DNA of 64,000 nucleotides, from positions 19,860 to 83,859 of IMG/VR virus record IMGVR_UViG_3300017761_003550; one strand, given 5' to 3'. Positions 38,897-51,800 of the stretch are shown here, piece after piece; position 1 is the stretch's first letter, and each line of letters opens with the position of its first letter. The translations under genes and the position numbers were made by a program. This DNA is from a virus (Duplodnaviria > Caudoviricetes). The notes under the pieces are model-generated. The model did not search any database, had not been told where the DNA came from, and was given only the letters and a program-made list of their open reading frames with translations.

Positions 38897-40969
38897 ATGG
38901 CTGACCAAAGATTTAAAATTGACAAAGGACTCCATGTAAATGGCGCGAACGCTGAGTTCGAGACGCCAGCTACATTTGATGCCAACGTCGCTGTAACAGG
39001 TACAGTAACTGTAAACGGTTCTATTGTCCCAACTGCAAACGACACCATGGTTCTTGGTGGTGTCAACGCTCGTGTATCCGCAGCACACCTTACCACATTG
39101 TTTGTTGCTAACAGCACGACAGTCCCAAATCTTAGAGCTAACAACGCTGACACTGTTTTCGCTATTACAACAGCAGGATTTGTTGCAGCTATTGGATTAG
39201 CCAGCGGTGCTGCGCGCACATTGACCGGTTCTAACACAGTAGTTATTACGAATGGTACTGGTGCAGCTGGTAACCCAGCGTTTTCTGTTCCAATTTCTAA
39301 TGGTCTTTTTTCAAACACAACTGGTGTGTATGTAAACGTATCATCAGTCTCAGATGGAACACTTGCACTTAATCGTGGAGGAACAGGAGCAGCTACCCAA
39401 GCTACGGCAGCTAATAATATTCTTCCAGCACAAGCTGGTAATGATGGTAAATTCTTAAGATCGGTTAGTGGCGCTATTGTTTGGGAAAACGGGCCAGTTG
39501 GATATACCGGTTCAAAGGGTGACATTGGATTTACTGGCTCGCTCGGCGCTACCGGATTTAATGGATCAATTGGTGCCACAGGATTTAATGGATCTATCGG
39601 CGCTACAGGATTCAACGGGTCTATTGGTGCTCAAGGACCCCAAGGTCCAACAGGATTTAATGGATCTACCGGGGCTACAGGTATAGGATTTACTGGATCT
39701 GTCGGAGCACCAGGACCAGCTTCAACAATTGGTTATACCGGATCTGTCGGCGCGCAGGGTCCAATTGGTTACACCGGATCTATTGGTGTTACTGGATTTA
39801 ATGGATCAACAGGATTTAATGGATCAATTGGTGCCACAGGCCCTAATGGTCCAACAGGTCCAACGGGCCCAACAGGATTTAACGGATCGATTGGTGCTAC
39901 AGGACCAACTGGATTTACCGGATCGATTGGAGCTACAGGTCCAACTGGATTTACGGGACCAACAGGTCCAACAGGATTTAATGGATCAACTGGAGCTACA
40001 GGCGGTACGGGTCCTAATGGTCCAACAGGTCCAACTGGTCCAACTGGATTTAATGGATCAATTGGTGCCACAGGTCCTAATGGTCCAACAGGTCCAACGG
40101 GCCCAACAGGATTTAATGGATCAATTGGCGCCACAGGTCCAACAGGATTTACGGGTCCAACAGGATTTACTGGATCTATTGGTGCCCAAGGACCAATTGG
40201 CTACACTGGATCAATTGGAGCTACAGGTCCAACAGGATTTACGGGTCCAACAGGATTCAACGGATCGATTGGAGCTACAGGGGCAACAGGATTTACGGGT
40301 TCTGTTGGAGATAAGTCCGGTATCAGATACACGTTTAGTACAACTGTAACTGATGCTGATCCTGGTACTGGTGTAGTAAGATTTAACAATGCTGCAATCG
40401 CTTCTGTTACAAACATTTTTATTGATAACGTAGATGTAAACTCTGTTTCAAGAACAGGCTTATATGATACTTTTGACGATTCAACTAATACTAAAAAGGG
40501 GTTGATTACCTTTATAGGTAATCTGACATCTTCTACTGTTGCTTGTGTCTTTAGAGTAACTGGTGCGGTAACTGTTGCTTCTGGATATTACAAAATACCA
40601 GTTGAGTATGTTTCTGGAGCACTACCAGCTGATGCTTTAGCGATAAACTTGTCTTATTCTGCTACAGGTGACGTTGGATTTAACGGATCTATCGGCGCGA
40701 CAGGATTTAACGGATCTATCGGTGCAACAGGATTTACTGGATCTATCGGTGCTACTGGATTTAATGGTTCAATTGGTGCTACCGGATTTACTGGATCTAT
40801 TGGCGCCACTGGTACAGGGTTTACAGGATCAATTGGCGCCACTGGTACAGGGTTTACAGGATCAATTGGTGCGACAGGACCTACTGGACCTTCTGGTGCT
40901 CTTATTTTCGTTCAAACTGGAAACCCAGGAACACAGCCTGCAGGTAGCATCTGGATTTATGCAACCTAA
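38897..40969 (+). CDS. Collagen-like fibre protein
   Basis: Two Gly-X-Y tracts built from [18 protein letters not shown] and GPT units, flanking a globular domain. Confidence 0.9.
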   Translation: MADQRFKIDKGLHVNGANAEFETPATFDANVAVTGTVTVNGSIVPTANDTMVLGGVNARVSAAHLTTLFVANSTTVPNLRANNADTVFAITTAGFVAAIGLASGAARTLTGSNTVVITNGTGAAGNPAFSVPISNGLFSNTTGVYVNVSSVSDGTLALNRGGTGAATQATAANNILPAQAGNDGKFLRSVSGAIVWENGPVGYTGSKGDIGFTGSLGATGFNGSIGATGFNGSIGATGFNGSIGAQGPQGPTGFNGSTGATGIGFTGSVGAPGPASTIGYTGSVGAQGPIGYTGSIGVTGFNGSTGFNGSIGATGPNGPTGPTGPTGFNGSIGATGPTGFTGSIGATGPTGFTGPTGPTGFNGSTGATGGTGPNGPTGPTGPTGFNGSIGATGPNGPTGPTGPTGFNGSIGATGPTGFTGPTGFTGSIGAQGPIGYTGSIGATGPTGFTGPTGFNGSIGATGATGFTGSVGDKSGIRYTFSTTVTDADPGTGVVRFNNAAIASVTNIFIDNVDVNSVSRTGLYDTFDDSTNTKKGLITFIGNLTSSTVACVFRVTGAVTVASGYYKIPVEYVSGALPADALAINLSYSATGDVGFNGSIGATGFNGSIGATGFTGSIGATGFNGSIGATGFTGSIGATGTGFTGSIGATGTGFTGSIGATGPTGPSGALIFVQTGNPGTQPAGSIWIYAT
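39490..40890 (+). repeat. Collagen Gly-X-Y tandem repeats (two tracts, about 39490-40310 and 40670-40890)
   Basis: Recurring units such as GGATTTAATGGATCAATTGGTGCCACA and GGTCCAACA. Confidence 0.9.
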
Positions 40970-41523
40970 TGGCCGCACAGTTCATATATGAAACTAAGGG
41001 TTACAGAAGTGGTGATTGGTCAGCAGCCGCGACTAATTTATATGCATCAAACGGTTCTGTGTGGAATCCGTTAAGCACAACAGCAGGTAGTGCTTTCTAT
41101 AGAACAACTGGTGGTGTTTGGAGACGGTTTTATTCTGGCATCGCTGATCAAAGTTTTCCAGTTGTTTGCCAGTATTCGTTTCCTAATAGACGTGGTGTTG
41201 TTGAGTATAGCTTTTTTAATAACGGAAATTATGACATTTTTACAACAGAAGGTGATGCAGATTCAAATGGTGCTTGGGATATATCAGGTGCACCTGATAT
41301 TGCAGATCTAGAAATTCGTGCTACTAAAGGAACTGAAAGCGGTGGTAGTTGGTTAGGATCTACTTATGGTAGCTGGTTAGCTTTATCAACATCAAGAGGC
41401 TTCGACTTTAGAACAGACATTGATACATCTGGGTATGGTACTGCTACTGTAGAAATTCGCCACGCACCATCATTAGTCACATTAGCTACGTTTTCTTTAG
41501 AAGCAACCCCTAATTTTGTGTAG
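40969..41523 (+). CDS. Putative fibre tip/adhesin protein
   Basis: Directly follows the collagen gene; GSWLALS and TVEIR motifs shared with 53117-53509. Confidence 0.6.
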   Translation: MAAQFIYETKGYRSGDWSAAATNLYASNGSVWNPLSTTAGSAFYRTTGGVWRRFYSGIADQSFPVVCQYSFPNRRGVVEYSFFNNGNYDIFTTEGDADSNGAWDISGAPDIADLEIRATKGTESGGSWLGSTYGSWLALSTSRGFDFRTDIDTSGYGTATVEIRHAPSLVTLATFSLEATPNFV

Positions 41524-41528
41524 GTAAC

Positions 41529-41867
41529 ATGTCTATAAAGGCAAATCTTGTAGTATCTCAGGGAACCAATTTCTTAACCGAGATTGAGATTGTCGATATT
41601 GATGGGCTTGCAATAGATTTAACGGGTTACACTGCTACAGCTTTTCTAAAAAAAGAGTGGAGTTCACTAGCAAATACAAAGATTACAATTGATACATCTA
41701 TATCTGCATCAGATGGAATAATTACAATTAGTATGACTCATGCGGCAACAGCAAACATCACACCACAGAATTATGTTTGGGCTTGTGATGTATTAATATC
41801 TAATACAAAATCTAGAATTTGCAGTGGCACAGTCAAGGTAGAACCATCTATAGATTGGCCTGCGTAA
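41529..41867 (+). CDS. Conserved small virion protein (Ig-like)
   Basis: KANLVVSQGTNF...IDLTGYTATA.LKK...G.ITISMT...T......YVW..DV.I....RI.SG.V.V.P. Confidence 0.7.
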   Translation: MSIKANLVVSQGTNFLTEIEIVDIDGLAIDLTGYTATAFLKKEWSSLANTKITIDTSISASDGIITISMTHAATANITPQNYVWACDVLISNTKSRICSGTVKVEPSIDWPA

Positions 41868-41971
41868 TGTCTACTCTTAGAATTCAAAGAATCACTATAA
41901 AAAAAGTCAAAAAAAATGGCTCGCTCCTTGATGTGAAGCAAGCCAAAATTCGAGTTATATTTGTAACTTAG
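41867..41971 (+). CDS. Possible 34-aa basic peptide (not in the ORF track)
   Basis: TAATG overlap with the upstream stop; MSTLRIQRITIKKVKKNGSLLDVKQAKIRVIFVT. Confidence 0.35.
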   Translation: MSTLRIQRITIKKVKKNGSLLDVKQAKIRVIFVT

Positions 41972-41975
41972 ATAT

Positions 41976-44621
41976 TTACTGAACTTTATAAACCATTTGA
42001 CCGTAGTGATCACATCGTATTTCTGGATCAATCCAGACTTGGTATCCCTTATTACGAGCTTTCATACAGAAATCAACATCCTCACTTAGTGAACCCTCAG
42101 CTGTGATTGCTCTATGGTAATCAAACTGGGGGTATCCTATTTTGCGAAGAACATCCACTTTGATTAACGCGCATCCAAAACCAATAGCTCCTACCTCGAA
42201 CAATCCTGTTTTTGGAAACGAATTAGTATTATAGTATGAACGGTAATTTTGATCGAAGACTTCTAAGATTTGTTGTTCTTTTCTTTGGCGATAGATACCT
42301 CCGACGATATCTTTGTCATGCGCCACGAGCTTTGCAACTGTTGCTGCATCAAATACAATGTCGTGATCTACACACATAAGGTAATCATAATTGTTTCGAA
42401 TTGCGTAATCTGCAATTAGATTTCTTACCTGGTCTACATTGTATCCGTAGAAGTATTGGAAATCCACAGTTACTCCGCCCGGTGTAACTTGGTTATAGAT
42501 AGTCCTGAATGTTTCAGGTTCAATATATCTTGCTGTCGGGATCGCGATCAAAAGCTTTTTTGGCATTACTGGTTGCTCCAATGCTTTCTGAGCGTTTCGT
42601 GTTTGTTCATCAGAGTTTACCTTATAATCATTTAGAGGGTTAAGATCATTGTAATCTACTAGGATATCTTTGACAGCCATAATCTCTTCTGGTTCGCAGC
42701 GTTCAATCATTTCATAGAACATTGCTGCATCACCACCAGCTTTCATATATGTTCCATCTTCTGCGAGAAATTGGTGTTCGCGCATACCATAGAGTAGATC
42801 AGAACTGAATGTTCTTAGATGAGTGTATGGAATATTCCAGGGAAACTTATGTTGACGATAAGTCTTATTCACCATTACTTCTTGTGGGTAATCTTGAGCA
42901 ATAAGAGGAATGTTATCTGCCATTGACCAGCAGCTGCCATATGTAAATCTAATACTGCTGGCGTAATACATCTCATTGATACGACGGAAGATGTTTGGAT
43001 CGTTTGATAGTTTATCATCACCATCAAGAATCATCACGATTTCATCTCCTGTGTTTATCTCTCCTGCGTATCTCATTGTTTTGATGTGTTCAAAGATACG
43101 TAATTGATTAGCTACTGCACCATCGCGAGAACCTTTTTCGTTTATGTGATATATTTGGATATTCTTCTTATCCATCCAACCAAGATCATTAAGAGTATCA
43201 TAAATTTCTTTGACCGTATTATCTTCTGATCCATCATCCGCGATGTACATAATATAATTTGTGTAATCTTGCGCGGCAACTGAACGAATACAATCAGAGA
43301 TATACTTTCTACCATTGCGCACAGTTGTTACGATGTTGATTTTCTTTTCTGGATGATAAGCTGGTTCAACATAATCTTCTGGATTGTGGAAGCGTCTACC
43401 GAAAACCTTATTTACCTTTGCGGTGATAGAACGAACATGTCTATATGACTCGATATCAAGGAACCGACCTGTTCTTTGGTATATGTGTTGTTTCCATTGA
43501 AGAGCAACAGTATCCCAGGTGCATATATCTCTTACGATATCACAGTAGTTCTGTTTTTGCATGTAGAGATATGAGTTCTTCCATGCAAAGTAAGCTAAAT
43601 CTACGAACTGTTTTACTTGCCAGTCTTCATCAATCTTAGTGTTATACACATTTGGTGTAACTGAATATGGTAGCTTGTAGCATGCAAGATCAATAGCTGT
43701 CTCTTCAAGAGCTCCAAATCTAGATGTAATAACTGGTGTTCTGTAAGCCAATGCTTCTAGAGTTGAGATACCGAATGTCTCCGGGAACTCTGTTGGGTAA
43801 AGCATGAATGATGCAGATTTAAGGATGTCAGAAACAACTTGCGGCTTAACAATGCCGGTGAATGTTACGTTCTTATCATTCTTGTAGCGGTCGCGCCAGA
43901 ATGCTACGTCTTCACCCTGTTTGTCAAGCTTACCATCTGGAAAGTCATAGAATCCTCCAATAACAGTAAGTCTAGCATCTTGGATGCGTGAGCTTAGTAG
44001 TGGCCAAACCTTCTCTAATAGAACGCGCATACCTTTCGTGAATGAAGAGTTGAATACGAAATGGTTGGCGTCTCTGAGGATAGGCTCTTTGTTTTCATAC
44101 AGATTGATACCGTTACGAGTCTGCCAGATCTTACTTTTTAGCATCTCGAAGTTGCGACGATTACCATGATCGCAATTTGCGATATAGTTGGTGTGGAAGT
44201 CAGATAGAGTCCAGATTTCATCAATTAGACCATTCATCACCAGCGGTTCTAGTGAATTGTCGTCAATCGTGAATGTATCATGCATCCATATGACTTTGAG
44301 TTTAGCTCTTTGTGTAAATTCTGCGAATGCTGCAGATTTAGGATCATTACTCTTATAAAAGATTTTTGGTGAACGAACAGATATAACAACGTCAGCGTTT
44401 GTTAATGGTGGACCTTGGTCAATCTTCATATATTGAACATCACCATATTTGCCTTCTTTGTAACAGTTATTATATACCGTTACTTGGAAATCAAGCTTGG
44501 CTAATTCTCTGGCCATAGAAACTACTGCAGCTTCAGAACCACCTAGACCTTTATTACTAAGCGTATCACCATCATACTCAAGACCCATTGGATCAACGAA
44601 AACTACATGCAATCTATTCAT
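41976..44621 (-). CDS. Three-domain glycosyltransferase (GT4-like GT-B plus two GT2-like GT-A domains)
   Basis: GLGGSEAAVV...ETFGISTLEALA (Ex7E); TTVRNG.KYI..CI.SV..Q...DDGS...LDGDD; IAIPT...RN.I...YDYLMCVDHD...GFGCALI...EDVDFC. Confidence 0.9.
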   Translation of the reverse strand: MNRLHVVFVDPMGLEYDGDTLSNKGLGGSEAAVVSMARELAKLDFQVTVYNNCYKEGKYGDVQYMKIDQGPPLTNADVVISVRSPKIFYKSNDPKSAAFAEFTQRAKLKVIWMHDTFTIDDNSLEPLVMNGLIDEIWTLSDFHTNYIANCDHGNRRNFEMLKSKIWQTRNGINLYENKEPILRDANHFVFNSSFTKGMRVLLEKVWPLLSSRIQDARLTVIGGFYDFPDGKLDKQGEDVAFWRDRYKNDKNVTFTGIVKPQVVSDILKSASFMLYPTEFPETFGISTLEALAYRTPVITSRFGALEETAIDLACYKLPYSVTPNVYNTKIDEDWQVKQFVDLAYFAWKNSYLYMQKQNYCDIVRDICTWDTVALQWKQHIYQRTGRFLDIESYRHVRSITAKVNKVFGRRFHNPEDYVEPAYHPEKKINIVTTVRNGRKYISDCIRSVAAQDYTNYIMYIADDGSEDNTVKEIYDTLNDLGWMDKKNIQIYHINEKGSRDGAVANQLRIFEHIKTMRYAGEINTGDEIVMILDGDDKLSNDPNIFRRINEMYYASSIRFTYGSCWSMADNIPLIAQDYPQEVMVNKTYRQHKFPWNIPYTHLRTFSSDLLYGMREHQFLAEDGTYMKAGGDAAMFYEMIERCEPEEIMAVKDILVDYNDLNPLNDYKVNSDEQTRNAQKALEQPVMPKKLLIAIPTARYIEPETFRTIYNQVTPGGVTVDFQYFYGYNVDQVRNLIADYAIRNNYDYLMCVDHDIVFDAATVAKLVAHDKDIVGGIYRQRKEQQILEVFDQNYRSYYNTNSFPKTGLFEVGAIGFGCALIKVDVLRKIGYPQFDYHRAITAEGSLSEDVDFCMKARNKGYQVWIDPEIRCDHYGQMVYKVQ

Positions 44622-44692
44622 TCAAAACATCCATATAAATAAGGGGAGAGCTATTATTTAGTATATATCAAAGATGGGTGGAAGTCAAGTAA

Positions 44693-45892
44693 ATGCCGGA
44701 AGAAATCACCTACATTGCTACAAATACCGATATCCAGGTCATTGATACTTTTGATCCCGGAGCAGTTAAAGCTTTAACTTATATTTGCCAGATAGACTCT
44801 GAAGCAGAAACAGGATTTGTTCAATTCAAAGTAGTACATGATGGTGTTACCGCAGGTATTACTCAACAAGGATTAAGTGTTTCAGACAACTCTCCAGTTA
44901 ATTTTGATGCGAATATCTATTCGCATACTGGTGAGATTAAAGTAACCCCTGCATCTCAACCAACAACACTTGTTATGGAGAAAACTGAGATCTTGGCTAA
45001 TAACTATGCTGAACACACAAAATGTGGAAGATGGATTAAACACACAAGCGGGTTTGCGATTAACCCAGATACTGTTGTGATAAGACAAGCTAACAACAAT
45101 GTCTACAATGATCCATTACTATATTTAGTAGCCAACACATTAGGTCCTGTTGAAGATGGCCCAAACTTGATTGCTAATCCGGAATTTATTGGAACATCTG
45201 GATGGATCCCAAATAATGATGCTATACTAATAGATGGTGTGATAACAACAAACAATATCTACAAAGATAATTTTATCTACCAAGCATTTGAAGCCGAGTT
45301 AGGATACTCGTACAGAGCAAGCGTGTCTGGTAACAGTGGTTCTCTTGTTGTTGGCTCAACTTTATCTGATAATAATTATGTTAACGTTCCACTATCTCTT
45401 ATTCTCGAAGAAGACTTCACACCAAACACCGTAACGAGCATGTACTTCTCATTAGGTCACACTAACTCCGGCGAAACGAGTATGTACGACAGTTATCTCC
45501 ATAAGATAGTACCATTTAATACATATCGTTGGGATCTCGGTACGTTCTATCTTAAGTGGGCAAACACCGCAGTAAACACCGTTCTATTTGAAATGCTTAC
45601 TGTTGAGGGTTATCCTCGTGAAGTAAAGGTAAACTCTGATGGTAATGTGCAAATAACTGAAAACACATCGGTATTAGTAGTTGGTCCGCAAGCTGGTGGA
45701 AACAACAAACTTTCCTTTAGTTATGAAGATGGATTTATCGCTTCTCTTAATGGAAATACGATTGTATCAAACCTAAATATTGAAATACTGGATAACATGA
45801 TAAGTCTTGAGTTTATTACACCAGCGCTGCAGTTCTCGTATGTACCTACAGTAATTTCAAACACCGAATTGGTAGTCTTATCTAATGGCTAG
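44693..45892 (+). CDS. Virion structural protein with possible carbohydrate-binding domains
   Basis: Late promoter at 44634; N-terminal IDTF...YICQI...VVHDG domain resembles the C-terminus of the 37743 protein; beta-rich remainder. Confidence 0.55.
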   Translation: MPEEITYIATNTDIQVIDTFDPGAVKALTYICQIDSEAETGFVQFKVVHDGVTAGITQQGLSVSDNSPVNFDANIYSHTGEIKVTPASQPTTLVMEKTEILANNYAEHTKCGRWIKHTSGFAINPDTVVIRQANNNVYNDPLLYLVANTLGPVEDGPNLIANPEFIGTSGWIPNNDAILIDGVITTNNIYKDNFIYQAFEAELGYSYRASVSGNSGSLVVGSTLSDNNYVNVPLSLILEEDFTPNTVTSMYFSLGHTNSGETSMYDSYLHKIVPFNTYRWDLGTFYLKWANTAVNTVLFEMLTVEGYPREVKVNSDGNVQITENTSVLVVGPQAGGNNKLSFSYEDGFIASLNGNTIVSNLNIEILDNMISLEFITPALQFSYVPTVISNTELVVLSNG

Positions 45893-48800
45893 AAAAAAAG
45901 AACACTTTCAAGATATAGCCTTGCAAGGTTTATTTGCTGCCGGATCATATGGTACAGCAGGACAAGTTCTTAAATCTGATGGAGACAGCGTATACTGGGA
46001 TGCTGATGCTGCTTCAGGTGGCGATGCAGCCACATTAGATGGATATGACTCAACAGCCTTTGCACGTCTTGCTGGCACAAGTCCATTTACTGCGGCGCAA
46101 ACAATTAGCTTAAGCCCAACTTCTGGACCGACTTTACCTTCAGGAACAGTGTTGCATCTAATTGGAACCAACGCAACACAGTCTAGAATGTTCTTAGATA
46201 CTTTTGGTGCAAATGCAGCTTTCCTTGGTAGAAGAGCAAACGGAACAAACGCTTCTCCTACTGCGATTCTTTCTGGAGATTTTATTTTCTCCTTTGGTGG
46301 GTTTGGATATGGCGCTACTGGATACTTGGCATCTGCTAGTGCATTAGGTCTCGTTACAGCTACAGAAAATTTTACGGATACGGCGGGAGGAGCTAAATTT
46401 AGTTTCCGCACAGTTGCTAATGGTACAATTACACCATTAGTACGTTGGCACATTGAGAATGATGGATCTTTCATTGCGGAAGGATTGACAGTTACTGGTA
46501 ATGGTACTGTAAACGCTGTTGACTACTTCGACAACGGCGTAAACATCAACACGATTTATGGATCACTCGCGCTGGCGAATATCTTCACCGCAGCGCAGAC
46601 CATTAACCAAAACGCTGTCGCGCTTCCCGCTCCGCCCTCGCCAACCGCCCTGCATATCGGGGCCGCTGACGCTGGCCTTAGCAGGGCAACAATTGACGCT
46701 TTCGGGAGTTCTGCCTCAATCGCGCTCAGGCGGGCGAGCGGCACTAATGCGTCAAAAACCGCTCTAGCATTATATGAAACTATCGGCAACATCACAGCCT
46801 TTGGTTACGGAGCAACCAGCTACTCTGCCACTCTCCGTGCGGGTATAGCGTTTCAAGCCGCTGAAGCGTGGACCGACGCCGCGCAAGGAACTCGTATTAC
46901 GTTCACAACCACGCCCAACTTGTCCGCCGCTGCCGCAGGTCGCTGGATCGTAGAGAATGACGGCTCGTTTATTTACAACGGCGGCTCGCTCACTGGCGTC
47001 TCGACAATCAACGCTGTGGATTACTTTGACAATGGCGTAAACATCAACACGATTTACGCAAGTCTTGCTGCGACAAACACATTCACAGGCAACCTAGTTG
47101 TAAACAAAAGTGGTGTTACGGTTCCAACAGCTTTTGGTCCTGATGAAATTCGTATTGTTGGCGCTGCTGGCAACGATGCACTTTTCTGGGCTGATGGATT
47201 TGATGGCCCCCCAGTTTTTGGAGGAAGACGTGCGCAGGGAGTGCCAGGTGCTCCTACTGCCGTTCAAACTGGAAACACCTTAGCGTCACTACGTGGCTAC
47301 GGTTACAGAACGACTGGGTATTCCGCATCCCACAGAGGCTCAGTGACTATTGCCGCTGCTGAAAACTGGACAGATTCAGCAACCGGTACTCGTATTATTT
47401 TGGCAACCACGACTAACTTGACGGCAGGACAGTCTGCTCGTTGGGTTGTAGAGAATGACGGCTCTTTCGTTTACAACGGCGGCTCTCTTACAGGTATCTC
47501 GACAGTCAACGCTGTTGATTATTTCGACAATGGCGTAAACATCAACACGATCTATGCTGATGCTACAAACACGCTAACTATGGCTAACAAGACACTTACT
47601 ACTCCAACAATAAATGGTGCAGCGCTCTCGGGAACACTGTCAGGAACACCATCATTTAGTGGTGTTGTAACCTTTACTGCTGCACCAGTTTTTACTCTTA
47701 GTGCCACCGCTAGTGGACAGAATAGTGCTACTGTACAATCAACTGATGCAGGTGCAGTCGGGGCTACTCTCAAAATCTACCACGATTCAGCTTCACCGTT
47801 AGCTGGCGACTTGGCAGCACGCATTACTTTCCATGGTAAGGATAGCGGTGGCACGGATACACAGTACGGCTATCTTGGTATGTCGATACTCGACCCAACA
47901 GACACATCAGAAGATGGTGCGTTTTTCTTCCGAACAACTGTCGCCGGAGCGCAGGCAAATCGGTTGTTTATCGGTGCTGGTGTATATCATGATTCTGCTA
48001 CTGGTGGAGATAAGGGTAACAACACACTTAATATCGGCACCCTATACCAGAACAACGTGCAAGTTGCAACACTTTCTGGAACAGAGATTCTTACTAACAA
48101 AACACTTACTACACCTGTGTTGGGCGCTGCTACCGCAACAAGCATTAATGGATTGACAATTACTTCGTCAACTGGTGTTTTAACTATTACTAACGCTAAA
48201 ACGTTTTCTGTTTCTAACACCCTTACGCTTACTGCTACCGATGGTTCAACACTTGCTATTGGTGCTGGTGGAACACTAGCATCAGCTGCATATGTTGCTA
48301 CTGGCACGACAGGAGCGACTATTCCACTGTTGAATGGAACGAATGTGTGGAATGGTGTGTCTAACGTATTTAACTACGGCGCATCCGGAGTGTCGCAGAT
48401 TGCTATTGGCGCCAGCAACGCACAAGATGCATATTTTTATCTCCGCGCAAATGCGGCACAAACACGCTCGATAGTATATCAAACCGGCTCCTCGACTCGC
48501 TGGCAAGTATACGCAGACACCGTTCCTGAATCTGGTTCATCTGCTGGAAGTAATTTCCACCTACGAGCTTATGATGATGCTGGAGCTTCGTTGGGTGATG
48601 CGCTTTCAATTGTACGTGCTACTCGTGTTGTAACTTTTCCGGTTGCTCCGACGTTTACCGACGCTGCAACCACACGAACAAATCTCGGCTTTTCCACACT
48701 AACTGATTATGTTACCTTGACGGGTACGCAGACGCTTACGAACAAAACTCTGACTTCGCCAGCTTTTGGTGGAACCATAACTGGTGCCGCGACCTGGAGC

Positions 48801-51800
48801 GCCACACAAACATTTAGCGTTGCGGGAGACGTTCCTGCCGTAAATATTCGCTCTGGTAGTGCAACCGTGTTGACTGGAATTAGTTTCGGTCGCACTGGCC
48901 ATGAATACTTTGTTGGCACGGTGGGTGTGGCAAACCAATTCTTTACAGGATCGGTTGCAGGAGATAACGTAATTGCCTTAGGCACTAAACTCTGGATCGG
49001 TACGGGTGACTATGACACTGCAGGCTCTGCGGTGGCTACTGTTACTGTTTCGACGTTCGATTTTAAAGTTGCTCCAACATTAAACTCTGTAGCTATTCCA
49101 ACCATCAGTTCAACTGACACACTAACGAACAAAACGATAACTAGCCCTTCGATTGGTGGAACAGTAGTAGGTTCACCACTTTGGACCAATATGACGTTCC
49201 TAAACAGCCCGCGCATACGTAACGCTCTCCAGTCAGGCATTGTTTTCGAGCGGGCCGACGCAATACAATCCTACGTTATGGGTCGATCAATCGGCACCGA
49301 TAACGCGCACAACTTTTTTCTCTACGACAATCTTGCTCCCGGAACTGTGTTTTCTGTTAACTCTAGCCGCGTAATGGACTTTGCGCTGAACCCAACTGCT
49401 GCTGGCATCGCCATCCCAACGATTAGCTCAACTGACACACTAACAAACAAGACTTTAACGACACCAACAATTAATGGTGCTGCTCTTTCAGGTACGTTTT
49501 CTGGTACACCATCCTTTAGTGGTGCAATTACAGCTTCTACCGCTGGTGTTCCGCTTACTCTTACGAACACTACCGACACTGCCAACAACTACGCGCTGTA
49601 TTTGGACAGTGACAGAGCAACCCCTACTGCTGCTGATAGTATTTCTCTCGGAATGCGCGTTTCAAGCTCAACCGGAGTTCAGCGCGAAATTGCAACTATA
49701 CGAGCTCTCGCGACAGTAGTAACAAACGCCGCTGAAACTTCACGCATAGATTTCTCGACTATCCTGGCTGGTACACTATCCCAACGTATGACTCTAAACG
49801 CCACTTCGTTGGTTCCATATACTAATGACCTTGTTGCTCTTGGAACCACAGCAAACATGTGGTCTGATCTGTTCCTAGCCTCTGGTGCAGTTATCAACTT
49901 CAACAATGGTGACGTTCTATTAACACACAGCGCGGACACGCTCGCGTTTACTGGAGCTGCTTCAGGATATACGTTCGATGCTACTGTAAGTGTAAGTGGT
50001 AGTGCAGTTGTAACAGCAGCCGGTATTGGATCTACTGTTCAGGCTTATGACGCAGATCTTGCAGCGATTGCTGGCCTAACATCTGCCGCTGATCGCTTAC
50101 CATACTTTACAGGTTCTGGTACAGCAGCACTAGCTACATTTACATCCTTTGGTAGATCAATTGTTGATGACGCTGATGCTTCTGCCGGTAGAACAACTCT
50201 AGGTCTTGGCACTGCTGCTGTACTGAACACGGGTACAAGCGGCGGAAACATTCCACTGCTTAATGGTACAAATGTTTTTTCGGGTGCACAAGACATTAAC
50301 GTCAACGCTACTGTGCAGTTTACTATCACGCGCACAGATGATGGATCTTCTGGCGCGCAGATGGATGCGTTCCATAACTCTACTACACCGGCACCTAACG
50401 ACTCCTTGTTTACACTTCGCGTGCTCGGCAAAGACTCTGCCGCAGTTACTACTACTTATGGCCGTCTAAGATTCTTTGTCACAAACGCAACCGATGCAGC
50501 TGAAGCTGGATACTGGCAAATTGCCCCAACTACTGCAGGAGCGGAAACAGCTGGTCTCGCAATTACTGGCACCGCATTAACGTTTAACGCTGTTGCTGTG
50601 CCGACGATCAGCAGTACGGACACTTTTACCAACAAGACACTTACTTCTCCAACGTTTGGTGGTACGATCGCTGGAAGCCCAACTTATTCAGGAAATCCAC
50701 TGTATACTTCTGCTACAACATTCTCACCACAGGTTGTATTACGCAACACAAATACTGACCAATACGGTGGGTATCTAATTCTTGATAAAGCACCAAGTGA
50801 CAACTTGCTATCTGTTAGTGATGCGCTTGGCGTGTTGATGTTCCGTGGTGTAGATACTACAGGCACTTTGCGCAACTCAGCTTATATACAAGCTACTGTT
50901 CAAAGTCAGACATCTACCTACGTCGGTTCATCGCTGTCTTTCTTCACGTCTGTTGCCGGTGTTGTTGATCGGACTGAAGGAGGATTTAACGGTGGCCTGA
51001 CTCTTGGTGCGCCAACCGGCAGCAATAAAGGTGTTGGTACACTAAATGCGACCAACATTTACGTTAATGATGTTCTTGTTCCAACAATAAGCTCAACGTC
51101 AACCTTTACTAACAAGACGCTTACGACGCCAACTATCAACGGTGCTGCTTTAAGTGGCACGTTCTCTGGAACACCGACGTTTAGTGGTGCAGTTGCTTTT
51201 ACTGAACAGGTAACGATAACCCGTGGCGCGGTGCCGCTGCGGATCACGACGACCCCCGACAACGGTAACGTGCAGGGCATGATCATCGAAGGTGATCGTG
51301 CGACGCCCACTGCCAACGACATCGTGTACATGGACTGGAGGCTGTCGAACTCTGCGGGTACACAGACTGAATTCGGTCGCCAAAGCATTGTCGCCAGTAC
51401 CGTGACTGCTGCGTCGGAAGCTTCTTACTGGCAGTGGGCTGTTCGCGCAGCCGGTGTGCTAACAAACGTAGCCATACTAACGTCTTCTGCATTCTCGCCG
51501 AACACTTCTGATGGTATCGGTCTTGGTTCTACCGCGCAGATGTGGAGCGACCTGTTCCTCGCGTCTGGCGGCGTTGTGAACTTCAACAACGGCGACGTGA
51601 CCATCACGCATAGCGCCAACACGCTGGCGTTCGCTGGAGCTTCTACAGGCTACACGTTCGACGCGCCACTGACCATCTCATCGACGGCCGCCAACGCTCC
51701 GCTGGTGATCACTTCGACCGAAGCGGGCGCGACTGCATTCACGGTTGACCTGTTCAGGAACTCCGCGTCGCCCGCAGCGTCAGATGGTCTAGCAGCAATT

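Noticed and set aside
38881-40842. Antisense ORFs with PVAPIDPLN repeats and +1-frame ORFs with QDLMDQL repeats
   Set aside because: They are shadows of the collagen Gly-X-Y codon repeats and have no RBS or promoter.
39490-40890. CRISPR-like or DGR-like repeat array
   Set aside because: The units are in-frame codon repeats with no unique spacers. No adenine-specific template/variable pair and no reverse transcriptase were seen in the window.
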